From an uncultured Chloroflexia bacterium (GTDB lineage: Bacteria > Chloroflexota > Anaerolineae > Anaerolineales > UBA4823): 64,000 nt of DNA. Numbering within the stretch: the first letter of the stretch is position 1; each line of letters opens with the position of its first letter. A model generated the notes under the pieces. The model saw only the letters and a program-made list of their open reading frames with translations, had not been told where the DNA came from and ran no database searches. Shown here in pieces: positions 41,893-51,182 of the stretch. Position numbers and translations under genes: made by a program. Location of the stretch: positions 80,795-144,794 of the forward strand of contig CAWGGJ010000009.1 in the NCBI GenBank assembly GCA_963822175.1. Reading direction: 5' to 3'.

Positions 41893-43107
41893 TTATAGAT
41901 TCCGAGGTGGAGGATCCTTCATCTGGGTGATCACCACTGCCAGCACCAGCAACAGCCCGATGGATAGTAGCAGTGATGGAGTAAATGCGCCGTCGGGGCT
42001 CTTCATTGCCTCCATAATATAGACATAAATCACAGATACTTGCCCGGCAAACTGGATCAACCCGTTCGAGGTGCCCTCGGGGGCAGGGTAAGTGACCTCG
42101 GCGACATATTGCATCCCAATGGGTGCAACACTGATCAGGAAAAACCCCATCCAAAAGGCCGACGCAAGCAGCAACCAGAGTGAATTGGCAAAAGCTACCC
42201 CAACTAACCCCGGGATTGACATTAGCACACCCAACATCATATACCTCTGTCGTTTATGGTGTTTGTCTGACAGGGCTGGGATAATCACCGCTCCCAGGAT
42301 ACCACCAACGATCATCAAGGTACCCAGGAGGCTTAAATCAGTGGGAGTAAAACCAGTCGGGCGTAGGACCCCCACCCAGGTGCTGATGCCGTTGAATATC
42401 CCCAGACCAACAAAATAGACGATCACAAACAACCAGAATGGCACGGATTTTACGATCTGTTTGAGACCATCGAGCATCAAAGAGCGGACTTCCATCCCCG
42501 GTGGGCAGGGTGGGGTGGTGGGATGCTCGCGGGAGAGAATAATGAAAAGTATTGCCGCAAGCCCAGCTACCCCACCGTAGATTAATTGCACCATTGGTAT
42601 AGACAATTTAAGTTGTTCAGTGAAGATGGTTGTGAGTGCGAATCCAATGGCAGTACCCAGCAGGTTAGCCAGGGTGACCAGACCAACAGCGGTAGCCCTT
42701 TCATTGATTGCAAACCAGTTGCCAGGCACTTTAGTCCAGGCATTCATTAAAAACGGCTGACCAATTGCAATCCCGATACTGCCCAACAGCACAATTGTGT
42801 AATTATCCCCTGCCAACCCACGCAGGATGGCGAATATAGCCATCAACAAAGAACCAATACTGACCGCAATTCGAAAACCATACCGGTCTATCACCCACGA
42901 GGCAGGGAAGGAGAGGAAAAGGTAGGTGACCATGAAGGACATCGCCAACCAGCCAATCTGCGTGGTCGAAACCCCATAATAACTGGCTGCAAACTCATTA
43001 ATAGGGGAATAGGTGATCCACAGCATCTGCATGGCGAGGTTGACGAACATGAACACGCCCAACACCACCCAACGATATCCATACACCCGGTAGGTTTGAT
43101 CCTTCAT
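41893..43107 (-). CDS. MFS transporter
   Basis: About 12 helices; WVIDRYGFR motif A, WF...ERATA. Confidence 0.9.
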   Translation of the reverse strand: MKDQTYRVYGYRWVVLGVFMFVNLAMQMLWITYSPINEFAASYYGVSTTQIGWLAMSFMVTYLFLSFPASWVIDRYGFRIAVSIGSLLMAIFAILRGLAGDNYTIVLLGSIGIAIGQPFLMNAWTKVPGNWFAINERATAVGLVTLANLLGTAIGFALTTIFTEQLKLSIPMVQLIYGGVAGLAAILFIILSREHPTTPPCPPGMEVRSLMLDGLKQIVKSVPFWLFVIVYFVGLGIFNGISTWVGVLRPTGFTPTDLSLLGTLMIVGGILGAVIIPALSDKHHKRQRYMMLGVLMSIPGLVGVAFANSLWLLLASAFWMGFFLISVAPIGMQYVAEVTYPAPEGTSNGLIQFAGQVSVIYVYIMEAMKSPDGAFTPSLLLSIGLLLVLAVVITQMKDPPPRNL

Positions 43108-43210
43108 GAGATCATCTCCACATTTGCGCCTGCATTGATTTTAATTCGTCTCGGTTAATTTACCATGAATGAGATATTGTATCCCAAAGACGTTGGATTT
43201 CCAATTTTAT

Positions 43211-44191
43211 CTACAGGTAATCTTTTCCCGCCTGCCTCAACCGATCTACGTGATCGTCAAAATACTTGTCATTGAGGAAATCGATGCCCCAATCCGGGGA
43301 ATTCTGGGTATGCACCCCCATATGCCAGAGATAACGTGCGCAGACGAACAAGGGCACTGCCTGTACATCCCGCACATGGACAAAGCGGGTTTCCCGGTAG
43401 CTTTTCAGGAATGGTCCCCAGCGTACAGCAATCGCATCTTCCAGGCGGCAACACCAAAGAAAAACAGCCAGGTCATATGCCCGGTAACCGAAACCTCCAC
43501 AGTCGAAGTCGAAAAAGGTCAGCCTGCCATCCGGGGCAACGTTGGCATGGTAGCCCTGTGTATCGCCATGACAGACTCCCTGCTCAAGCATGTCGGCAGG
43601 CATTGCCAGGAGCCGTTGGCGCAAGGTTTCAGCAAATCGCTGCAGGTAATTCCAATCATCCGGTCGATGGGCCAGGAACGGTTGAATATTGTGCAGCGGC
43701 TGATCAATAAAGTGGTCAAGATCCAGGTGGAAGCGCGGATGCGGGCTGTTGAAATCGTCCAGGGCGTTGTGCATTTGGGCCACAGCCTGCCCGTAACGCC
43801 TGGCAATTTCCTCGGGTTCATGCTCATAGGATACCTCTGGTCCAGGTGCTTCGGTGAAAAGAGCCAGGCAGCGTGTCCCCTCCGGGGCAGACACAGTACA
43901 GAAAGATCGACCATCTTTGTAGGGGACCGGCCTGGCAGCAGGGAACCCCTTGCGATTAAGATGATCGAGCACATCCAGCTCATACTGGATATCAGCCAGA
44001 GTACGCCACCGGATGCGGTAAGCGCGCAGGTAGTAGGTGCTGCCATCGACGGTCTTAACACGATAGGTATGGTTAAAACCACCGGAGTAAAACTTACATT
44101 CGACTGGTGAGCCTATTCCAAAACCAGGCAGGATTTCACGAATGAGCGCCTCAGGTGATAAGGTGGAAGCGATTACGGGGAAGGTGGTCAT
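43211..44191 (-). CDS. APH/homoserine kinase type II-like phosphotransferase
   Basis: CHGD...N and FFDFD motifs. Confidence 0.85.
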   Translation of the reverse strand: MTTFPVIASTLSPEALIREILPGFGIGSPVECKFYSGGFNHTYRVKTVDGSTYYLRAYRIRWRTLADIQYELDVLDHLNRKGFPAARPVPYKDGRSFCTVSAPEGTRCLALFTEAPGPEVSYEHEPEEIARRYGQAVAQMHNALDDFNSPHPRFHLDLDHFIDQPLHNIQPFLAHRPDDWNYLQRFAETLRQRLLAMPADMLEQGVCHGDTQGYHANVAPDGRLTFFDFDCGGFGYRAYDLAVFLWCCRLEDAIAVRWGPFLKSYRETRFVHVRDVQAVPLFVCARYLWHMGVHTQNSPDWGIDFLNDKYFDDHVDRLRQAGKDYL

Positions 44192-44211
44192 TATCTCAAC
44201 TCCTGGGTGAG

Positions 44212-44544
44212 CTAGCGGCAAACATGGATGGATTCCAGTACCCAACCTCTTGATATCTTTACAAGATTGATATGAAGATAGTGCGTACCTGGGCTGTGGC
44301 CTCCCAGGTGCAAGACTGTCTCTTGCTCAGGGAAGGAAATGATCCTCCCGTTTTCAAGGAACACGTGCTCCAATGTTTCAGCAGCCTCGATCTCGCACAA
44401 GGTCTGAACCAGTCGCTGTTTCCAGAACTCACTGATATCCTGGGTAAAGGCAGTATACAGCACGGCTGGATCTTCCTGCTGAAGGCAGACACGAATGAAC
44501 TCAATTGCCTCGACCGGGGTGTTGAAGGATGGTTGGGTGGACAT
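44212..44544 (-). CDS. Hypothetical protein
   Basis: About 110-aa ORF starting MSTQPSFN. Confidence 0.55.
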   Translation of the reverse strand: MSTQPSFNTPVEAIEFIRVCLQQEDPAVLYTAFTQDISEFWKQRLVQTLCEIEAAETLEHVFLENGRIISFPEQETVLHLGGHSPGTHYLHINLVKISRGWVLESIHVCR

Positions 44545-45393
44545 GATAAATAAATCGAGCTCATCACGCAGGTTTAATGAATACAAGGTAAAACATGCGG
44601 GCAGTCCTCTCGGTGGACAGAGATTGGAAACCGGCCTTCCTAGTATTATCGCATAAGTTTGCTTCGGGCAATTTGGAAAGATAGAATCACTGTGACTTAT
44701 TATTGAAATGACTAATTGAATCCACCAGTTTTTGTCTTGAAACAAGTTTTGCTGACATTGCCTCGGTCAATGAGTTTCTTGACGGACCTTAAAGGGTAGT
44801 CCAGCCGCCATGCTTTTTCCAATACCCACCTACTTCATATCATTTCATTACTTAAAAATTACTCATCTATAAACGTGTTAAGAGACGATATAATTTATAT
44901 ACACTCCAGGGGGCAGTCATGCCCCAACCGGTTCCCATCGCCAGGTGGAGTGCATCGACGATGAAGGCGGCAGGAATTAGCCCTTGTAAGATCTCAGGAA
45001 GTTGTCGTGACGGTGCTGATGCCGCTATCCCATGTTAAGTGGTATCGATATGTTAACCCACACAACTACTCCACTGGACCCCGTGGTACCCGGCAGTACG
45101 ACAAGGATGACCACGACAAGCCAGACATCAAGAAGATGCAGGCGCCGATCAAACTGGCTCCGGGTTATCGGGTACTAAGGTCACGGATAAGGTTAGCAGA
45201 TCCAACCTGGACAACTATACCTGTGTTTTTACCTAATGCGCAAGAATAATGGTTACACCTATCGATAAAAGTGGTGTTTCGATCGGCCCAGTTGGCCGAG
45301 AAGGAGGTGAAAGACGAAATTCTTTCAATGCCTGTGCTGTCGTACAGCCAGGCTGTAGTACTCACCCAATTTCACAAAGGAGAATTAATACCG

Positions 45394-48300
45394 ATGAAGG
45401 TTAAAATCTTTAGTATGTTGTCTGTATTTGTACTGGTATTCAGTTTGTTCTTACCCGTGAGCTCGATAGCACTCGCCGACAAAGGGGTCACATCGGGTCT
45501 GGAAGACGGAACCACCGCTCGTCCAGAACCTATGGTTTCTACTGCTGACCCTGCTATATATATCATTGTCCTCGAAGGCGACTCACTGAGCTCCTACCGG
45601 GGAAGCCTGCCCGGCCTCACGGCGACAAACCCGGAAGCTCTTGGGGAGAGCAAGCTCGATGCAAAAAGCCCCGCCAGCCTTGCCTACCTCGACTACCTGG
45701 CCGGGCAGCAGGCTAACTTCATCACGTCAATGGAACAGACCCTCGGTCACTCCGTGGAGGTGGTCTATCAATATATGGCTGCCCTGAACGGCCTGGCTGT
45801 GCGCATGACGACCCAGGATGCCAAGCGGGTATCCATGATGGATGGGGTCGTATTCGTGCAGAAAGAAACGATCGAACAGCCCGATACCGATGCAGGCCCG
45901 GCCTGGATCGGCGCTCCCAGCATTTGGGATGGCAGCGCAGTTCCCTCTGGCCTGGGCACGATGGGTGAGGGTGTGATCGTCGGTGTTCTCGATACCGGCA
46001 TCAACTCCGATCATCCTTCGTTCGCCGATATCGGCGGTGATGGGTATGATCATACAAATCCTTATGGGCCCGGCGTCTATGTCGGTTATTGTGTGGCGAA
46101 TCCCACCTTTTGCAATGACAAGCTGATCGGTGCTTACTCATATACTACGAGTGATCCTGGAAGCCCCGAAGATAACGAGGGGCACGGCAGCCACACCTCC
46201 AGTACGGCAGCTGGCAATAAGCTCAATGCCACCCGGGAAACCCCGACTGGTTTCCTTATCGAGAAACCTATCTCGGGTGTTGCGCCACATGCCAACCTTA
46301 TTATGTACGATGTGTGCAACGCGGGTGGTTGCGGCGGCGCTGGCTCGGTGGCAGCAATCAACCAGGCTGTGCTCGACGGGGTTGATGTGATCAACTTCTC
46401 GATCTCCGGTGGCAACAATCCGTATGCCGACTCGGTGGAGCTGGCCTTCCTGGGTGCTTCGAGTGCTGGAATTTTTGTTTCAACTTCAGCCGGCAACAAC
46501 GGTCCAGGACCCAACACGGTCGCTCACCGCTCACCCTGGCTGGCCACTGTTGCATCCAGCACCCACAACCGGCTCTTTTCGAGCAGCCTGATTGACATGA
46601 GCGGCGGCAACAACCCGCCGGCGAATATCGTCGGTCAAAGCATCAGCACAGGCTATGGTCCAGCTCCGATTGTTTATGCGGGTGACTATGGTGATCCGCT
46701 GTGCCAGACGCCGTTCCCGGCTGGAACGTGGACGAATGGCGAAATCGTGGTCTGCGACCGGGGCATCGCCGGTCGTGTAGCCAAGGGGCAGAACGTGATG
46801 GCAGGTGGTGCGATGGGGTATGTGCTCGCCAACGATGCAGCCAACGGAAACTCGTTGACGGCTGATGCACATTACCTGCCTGCGGTCCATATCACCTATG
46901 ATGATGGTGTAGTTCTCAAGGCCTGGCTTGCCGATGGCAGCGGTCACATGGCCACCATCACTGAGACAACCACCGATCTGTCTCCTGAGAATGGAGATAT
47001 CATGGCCAGCACTAGCTCGCGCGGCCCGAACACTACCTTCGACGTGACCAAACCCGATGTAACCGCCCCTGGTGTGGCTATCTTCGCAGCCTATTTGGAC
47101 GATGTCATGTTCGAGTTCGTCGGCGGCACTTCGATGTCGAGCCCGCACAATGCTGGCGCAGGTGCTTTGCTATCAGCCCTCTACCCCGACTGGTCGCCGG
47201 CAGAGATGCGGTCAGCCATTATGACCACCGCCTCCACCGCCAACCTGGTTAAGGAGGATGGCGTGACACCGGCCGACCCGTTTGACGTCGGTGCCGGGCG
47301 TGATGACCTGACCCGCGCTGCCCTGGCCGGACTGGTGCTCGATGAAAGCACCGCCAACTACCAGGCAGCCAACCCGTCTCAAGGCGGTGATCCCCAGACC
47401 TTGAACCAGGCCAGCCTGATGGACAGCAACTGCCAGGGTTTCTGTTCGTGGACTCGTACAGTCAAGAGCACTCTCGACGCTGCGGAAACCTGGACGCTTT
47501 CTGCGGATGCTCCAGCTGGGATGGTCGTGACCTTTAATCCGGTCTCGTTTGAGCTGGCCGCAGGAGCTACCCAGGAAGTCGTCATCTCGGTTGATGTGAC
47601 CGGCCTGCCTCTTGGCAGCTGGGTTTTTGCCCAGGTGAACCTGACCCCGGCTGATCCCGCTGTTCCCGTAGCTCACTTGCCGGTGTCTGTTCTCCCATTT
47701 GAAGCTCCTCCAGATATCTCAGTCGATCCTGCAGTTTTGGATGAGATACAGCGAGCGGATCTGGTAAAAACCTATCCACTCAACATTAGCAACAACGGTC
47801 AACTTCCGCTTGATTGGGAAATCCTCGAAGATGGCAGTGACTTCGGCCTTAACCTGGCTAATTGGTCTGACAACTTCGACTCGTACGCTACCAATAGCTC
47901 ATTGCATGGGCAGGGTGGTTGGAAGGGCTGGGCAAACGATCCTGCCGCAACCGCCTATACCCGTGACACCTATGCTCTGAGTGCCCCGAACTCTGTTGAA
48001 ATCATGACTACCAGCGACCTGGTGCATGAATATACAGGTGTTACGAGCGGCATCTGGCATTACACCGCCATGCAATACATCCCGTCCATCTTGAGCGGTG
48101 AGACCTACTTCCTCTTGCTCAACCAGTATGATGATGCTGGCGTAACCAACAACTGGTCAACACAAGTCGCATTCAACGGCACCACAGACCAGCTGGCCAA
48201 TGAAGGCGCAGCGGGTGGTGCTTTGCCCATCATCTATGATCAGTGGGTTGAGATCCGCGTCGAAATCGACCTCGACAATGACACGCAGGCATTCTACTAC

Positions 48301-49596
48301 GGCGGAGCCCTGCTCTTCCAAGACTCATGGACCGAAGGAATGAGTGGGGGCGGCATCCTGAACATCGGAGCCGTTGACCTGTACGCCAATAGTGCCAGCG
48401 CAGTGTACTACGATGACATCTCCCTGAAGTACCAGGTGCAGCCATGGTTCGACAATTTCGACTCGTACGCTACCGATAGCTCGTTGCATGGGCAGGGTGG
48501 CTGGAAGGGCTGGGCAAACGATCCTGCCGCAACCGCCTATACCCGTGACACCTATGCTCTGAGTGCCCCGAACTCTGTTGAAATCATGACAACCAGCGAC
48601 TTGGTTCATGAATACACAGGTTATGACACTGGTGTCTGGTATTACACCGCGATGCAATACATCCCGTCCATCTTGAGCGGTGAGACCTACTTCCTCTTGC
48701 TCAACCAGTATGATGATGCTGGCGTAACCAACAACTGGTCAACGCAAGTCGCATTCAACGGCACCACAGACCAGCTGGCCAATGAAGGCCCAGCGGGTGG
48801 TACATTGCCTATCATCTATGACCAGTGGGTTGAGATCCGTGTCGAAATCGATCTCGACAATGACACGCAGGCATTCTACTACGGCGGAGCCCTGCTCTTC
48901 CAAGACTCATGGACCGAAGGAATGAGCGGGGGCGGCATCCTGAACATCGGAGCTGTTGACCTGTACGCCAATAGTGCCAGCGCACTGTACTACGATGACA
49001 TGTCACTGGCGAATGCCCTGCCTCAAATCTGTGATCAGACTGTAGATATGCCCTGGGTGAGCGTCGAGCCTATCAGTGGTACAACCCCTGGAGGCGCATC
49101 TTCAGAAATCGGGGTTACCTTTGACAGCACTGGCTTCAATCCCGGCGATGTTGCCACTGGAAACCTGTGCGTCATCAGCAACGATCCGGATACCTCGCTG
49201 GTCGTTGTTCCTTTGACGATGACGGTGGTGTCTCAGGACGTCGTTATCTCGCCCCTGGCGCAGACACTGACGGGTCAACCCGGCGATGTCATCACGCATA
49301 CCTTCACCGTGACCAACACCGGCCTCGAGGCTGACAGCTTCTCGCTCTCGCTCGCAGGCAACTTGTGGCCCACAACGGTGGCAGCCTCAACCGGTGAGCT
49401 GAACCCGGGCGAAGCGACGACCGTCGATGTTGTGGTGACGATTCCCGCAGCACCCGTGGACCTCAGCGACACCTTTACCCTGACGGTGACCTCGGTTGCC
49501 GAGCCTGCGGTGTCAGTCCAGGCCCAGGGAACAACCGTCGTGGAGATCGTCGTGGAGACGTATGTCGTCTACTTACCCTTGGTGTTCAAGAACTAA
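45394..49596 (+). CDS. Secreted S8 subtilase with I9 propeptide, PA domain, duplicated beta-sandwich module and C-terminal YLPLV motif
   Basis: Signal peptide; catalytic triad DTG / HGSH / GTSMSSPH; VVCDRG PA domain; ends VVYLPLVFKN. Confidence 0.93.
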   Translation: MKVKIFSMLSVFVLVFSLFLPVSSIALADKGVTSGLEDGTTARPEPMVSTADPAIYIIVLEGDSLSSYRGSLPGLTATNPEALGESKLDAKSPASLAYLDYLAGQQANFITSMEQTLGHSVEVVYQYMAALNGLAVRMTTQDAKRVSMMDGVVFVQKETIEQPDTDAGPAWIGAPSIWDGSAVPSGLGTMGEGVIVGVLDTGINSDHPSFADIGGDGYDHTNPYGPGVYVGYCVANPTFCNDKLIGAYSYTTSDPGSPEDNEGHGSHTSSTAAGNKLNATRETPTGFLIEKPISGVAPHANLIMYDVCNAGGCGGAGSVAAINQAVLDGVDVINFSISGGNNPYADSVELAFLGASSAGIFVSTSAGNNGPGPNTVAHRSPWLATVASSTHNRLFSSSLIDMSGGNNPPANIVGQSISTGYGPAPIVYAGDYGDPLCQTPFPAGTWTNGEIVVCDRGIAGRVAKGQNVMAGGAMGYVLANDAANGNSLTADAHYLPAVHITYDDGVVLKAWLADGSGHMATITETTTDLSPENGDIMASTSSRGPNTTFDVTKPDVTAPGVAIFAAYLDDVMFEFVGGTSMSSPHNAGAGALLSALYPDWSPAEMRSAIMTTASTANLVKEDGVTPADPFDVGAGRDDLTRAALAGLVLDESTANYQAANPSQGGDPQTLNQASLMDSNCQGFCSWTRTVKSTLDAAETWTLSADAPAGMVVTFNPVSFELAAGATQEVVISVDVTGLPLGSWVFAQVNLTPADPAVPVAHLPVSVLPFEAPPDISVDPAVLDEIQRADLVKTYPLNISNNGQLPLDWEILEDGSDFGLNLANWSDNFDSYATNSSLHGQGGWKGWANDPAATAYTRDTYALSAPNSVEIMTTSDLVHEYTGVTSGIWHYTAMQYIPSILSGETYFLLLNQYDDAGVTNNWSTQVAFNGTTDQLANEGAAGGALPIIYDQWVEIRVEIDLDNDTQAFYYGGALLFQDSWTEGMSGGGILNIGAVDLYANSASAVYYDDISLKYQVQPWFDNFDSYATDSSLHGQGGWKGWANDPAATAYTRDTYALSAPNSVEIMTTSDLVHEYTGYDTGVWYYTAMQYIPSILSGETYFLLLNQYDDAGVTNNWSTQVAFNGTTDQLANEGPAGGTLPIIYDQWVEIRVEIDLDNDTQAFYYGGALLFQDSWTEGMSGGGILNIGAVDLYANSASALYYDDMSLANALPQICDQTVDMPWVSVEPISGTTPGGASSEIGVTFDSTGFNPGDVATGNLCVISNDPDTSLVVVPLTMTVVSQDVVISPLAQTLTGQPGDVITHTFTVTNTGLEADSFSLSLAGNLWPTTVAASTGELNPGEATTVDVVVTIPAAPVDLSDTFTLTVTSVAEPAVSVQAQGTTVVEIVVETYVVYLPLVFKN
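47863..49002 (+). repeat. Tandem intragenic duplication, period 582 bp (194 aa)
   Basis: 47863-48420 and 48445-49002 are nearly identical at DNA level (W.DNFDSY...YYDD). Confidence 0.95.
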
Positions 49597-49628
49597 ACCG
49601 TTCCTTGATCGATAAACAATAAATAGCA

Positions 49629-49662
49629 AATCAGGCCATCCAGAACAGCGGATGGCCTGATT
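49629..49662. terminator. Hairpin between convergent S8 and S41 genes
   Basis: AATCAGGCCATCC ... GGATGGCCTGATT. Confidence 0.75.
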
Positions 49663-49693
49663 GCTTATAAACCGTAAATTAGTATTTTCAATT

Positions 49694-51088
49694 TTATTCT
49701 TCCGGGTTGGTTATCGCCTCTTGAAGGTAGCTGAGAGCCGCTTCAAGCTGGGTATCCCTGCCCTGAAGCAGCTGTTGGCGATCCAGGGTAACCTCGATAT
49801 CCGGAACGACGCCGTTGTTCTCCAACACTCGCCCATATGCAACCTGTGACTGGGCAATGGGATATGCCAGAATGGTGCCGTAAGGCAGTATCTTGATGTT
49901 CATCACGAGACAGACACCAGGCGTCTGCGAACCCACGATCGTGGCTCTACCGAATACTTGCAGGCTGCCGGAGAACTCCTCGCTGGATGAGGTGCTGTGT
50001 TCATCCACCAGGATCACTACTTTGCCTGGATAGGGATTGGTGACTGGGTCGAGATAAGCCTCTTCATGGTGGTCGCGGTATTGATAACGGATGAACAGGT
50101 CTGGTCTGCCCACGAGCTGGCTGGCAATCGCTTTACGCACGAAGAACTGGCCACCCGGATTACCGCGCAGGTCAATAATTAGAGCTGGAGCATCGTGGAA
50201 TTCTTCGATGGCTTGCAGTACACCATCCTGCACTGACGATAGGAATCCGGAGAAGCGAATGTAGCCAATATCATTCGCCAGGTGTCTTACCTCGATTTCT
50301 CCGCAGGCTGGCGGCGTAGCTGGATCAAGCTGGTCGCAGCTGCTGCCAATGCGAGCGGCGAACTGCAGGGTGGCGCTCTGTGGGTGATCCTGTTCGTCCA
50401 GGTATTCGACGAGGACTGCCTTACCCGTTTCACCGTATAACATGCCGCGCATTCCCTGGATGGCGATACCCTGCTTGTGGCGCTCATTATATGGCGGTGT
50501 CTGCAGAGATTCAGCGGTAAGAACATCTAATGTCCAGCCGTCCAACGAGGTGATAACAAATCCAGATCGCAGTCCAGCCTGGTCAGCAGGAGAACCCTCT
50601 ACAACCTGGGTAACCACCGCTAATCCATCCAGCAGGCGGACGTCCAGGCCCAGCGATCCGGTGGCAAAGGTCATACGATCGAGCTCGTTAGCCATACCAG
50701 GTGGTAAAGCTACAAGGTGTGACACGCCCAGCTCGAACAGCATTGGGTTCAGCAGTCCGAGCCAGAAGGTGGTGTCATCCTCAATCTTCTCCAGTTTCTG
50801 ACGATATACATCGCCGATAGCCTGCCAATCTTTTCCTCCGAAGCTGGGATCGTAGTACTCGTCATTGATCGTCTGCCAGACTGCATCGAATATGGTGAGG
50901 CGCTCAGCAGGGGTCAGCCGATTCTCGATCATGGCTGTCGGATGGGGGGTGCGGGTTGGTGTGGGTATAAGGGTCGGAACAACGGTTGGTGCTGCTGCCG
51001 GTAGGACCTTACACGCAGTCATCGTTATGGTGCCTGCGAGGATAACCGAGGCCAGGATAAAGAAAAGGGTTCGAGATTGTTGGTTCAT
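49694..51088 (-). CDS. S41 family peptidase with PDZ domain, probable lipoprotein
   Basis: GSPADQAGL (PDZ), LIIDLRGNPGG, STSSSE, IVGSQT.G, GVVPDI. Confidence 0.9.
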   Translation of the reverse strand: MNQQSRTLFFILASVILAGTITMTACKVLPAAAPTVVPTLIPTPTRTPHPTAMIENRLTPAERLTIFDAVWQTINDEYYDPSFGGKDWQAIGDVYRQKLEKIEDDTTFWLGLLNPMLFELGVSHLVALPPGMANELDRMTFATGSLGLDVRLLDGLAVVTQVVEGSPADQAGLRSGFVITSLDGWTLDVLTAESLQTPPYNERHKQGIAIQGMRGMLYGETGKAVLVEYLDEQDHPQSATLQFAARIGSSCDQLDPATPPACGEIEVRHLANDIGYIRFSGFLSSVQDGVLQAIEEFHDAPALIIDLRGNPGGQFFVRKAIASQLVGRPDLFIRYQYRDHHEEAYLDPVTNPYPGKVVILVDEHSTSSSEEFSGSLQVFGRATIVGSQTPGVCLVMNIKILPYGTILAYPIAQSQVAYGRVLENNGVVPDIEVTLDRQQLLQGRDTQLEAALSYLQEAITNPEE

Positions 51089-51182
51089 GTTTTTCTCCTT
51101 ACACCAACCAAAAATCACTTTTATTGGCTTTTGCAGAATCTGTTGAGATTCTACACCTAAAATAGAAGCGGCATTCCCATGC

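Noticed and set aside
43169-44110. 313-aa plus-strand ORF
   Set aside because: Lies entirely antisense to a phosphotransferase with clear catalytic motifs.
45007-45249. 80-aa ORF containing FLAG-like YDKDDHDK
   Set aside because: Not the FLAG sequence and no vector context; no family recognised. Treated as chance or a decayed fragment.
45271-45393. N-terminal extension of the S8 ORF
   Set aside because: The signal peptide and AAGGAG SD point to ATG 45394 as the start.
47863-49002. Diversity-generating retroelement TR/VR pair
   Set aside because: Both copies are in frame in one gene, differences are mostly synonymous rather than adenine-specific, and there is no reverse transcriptase in the window.
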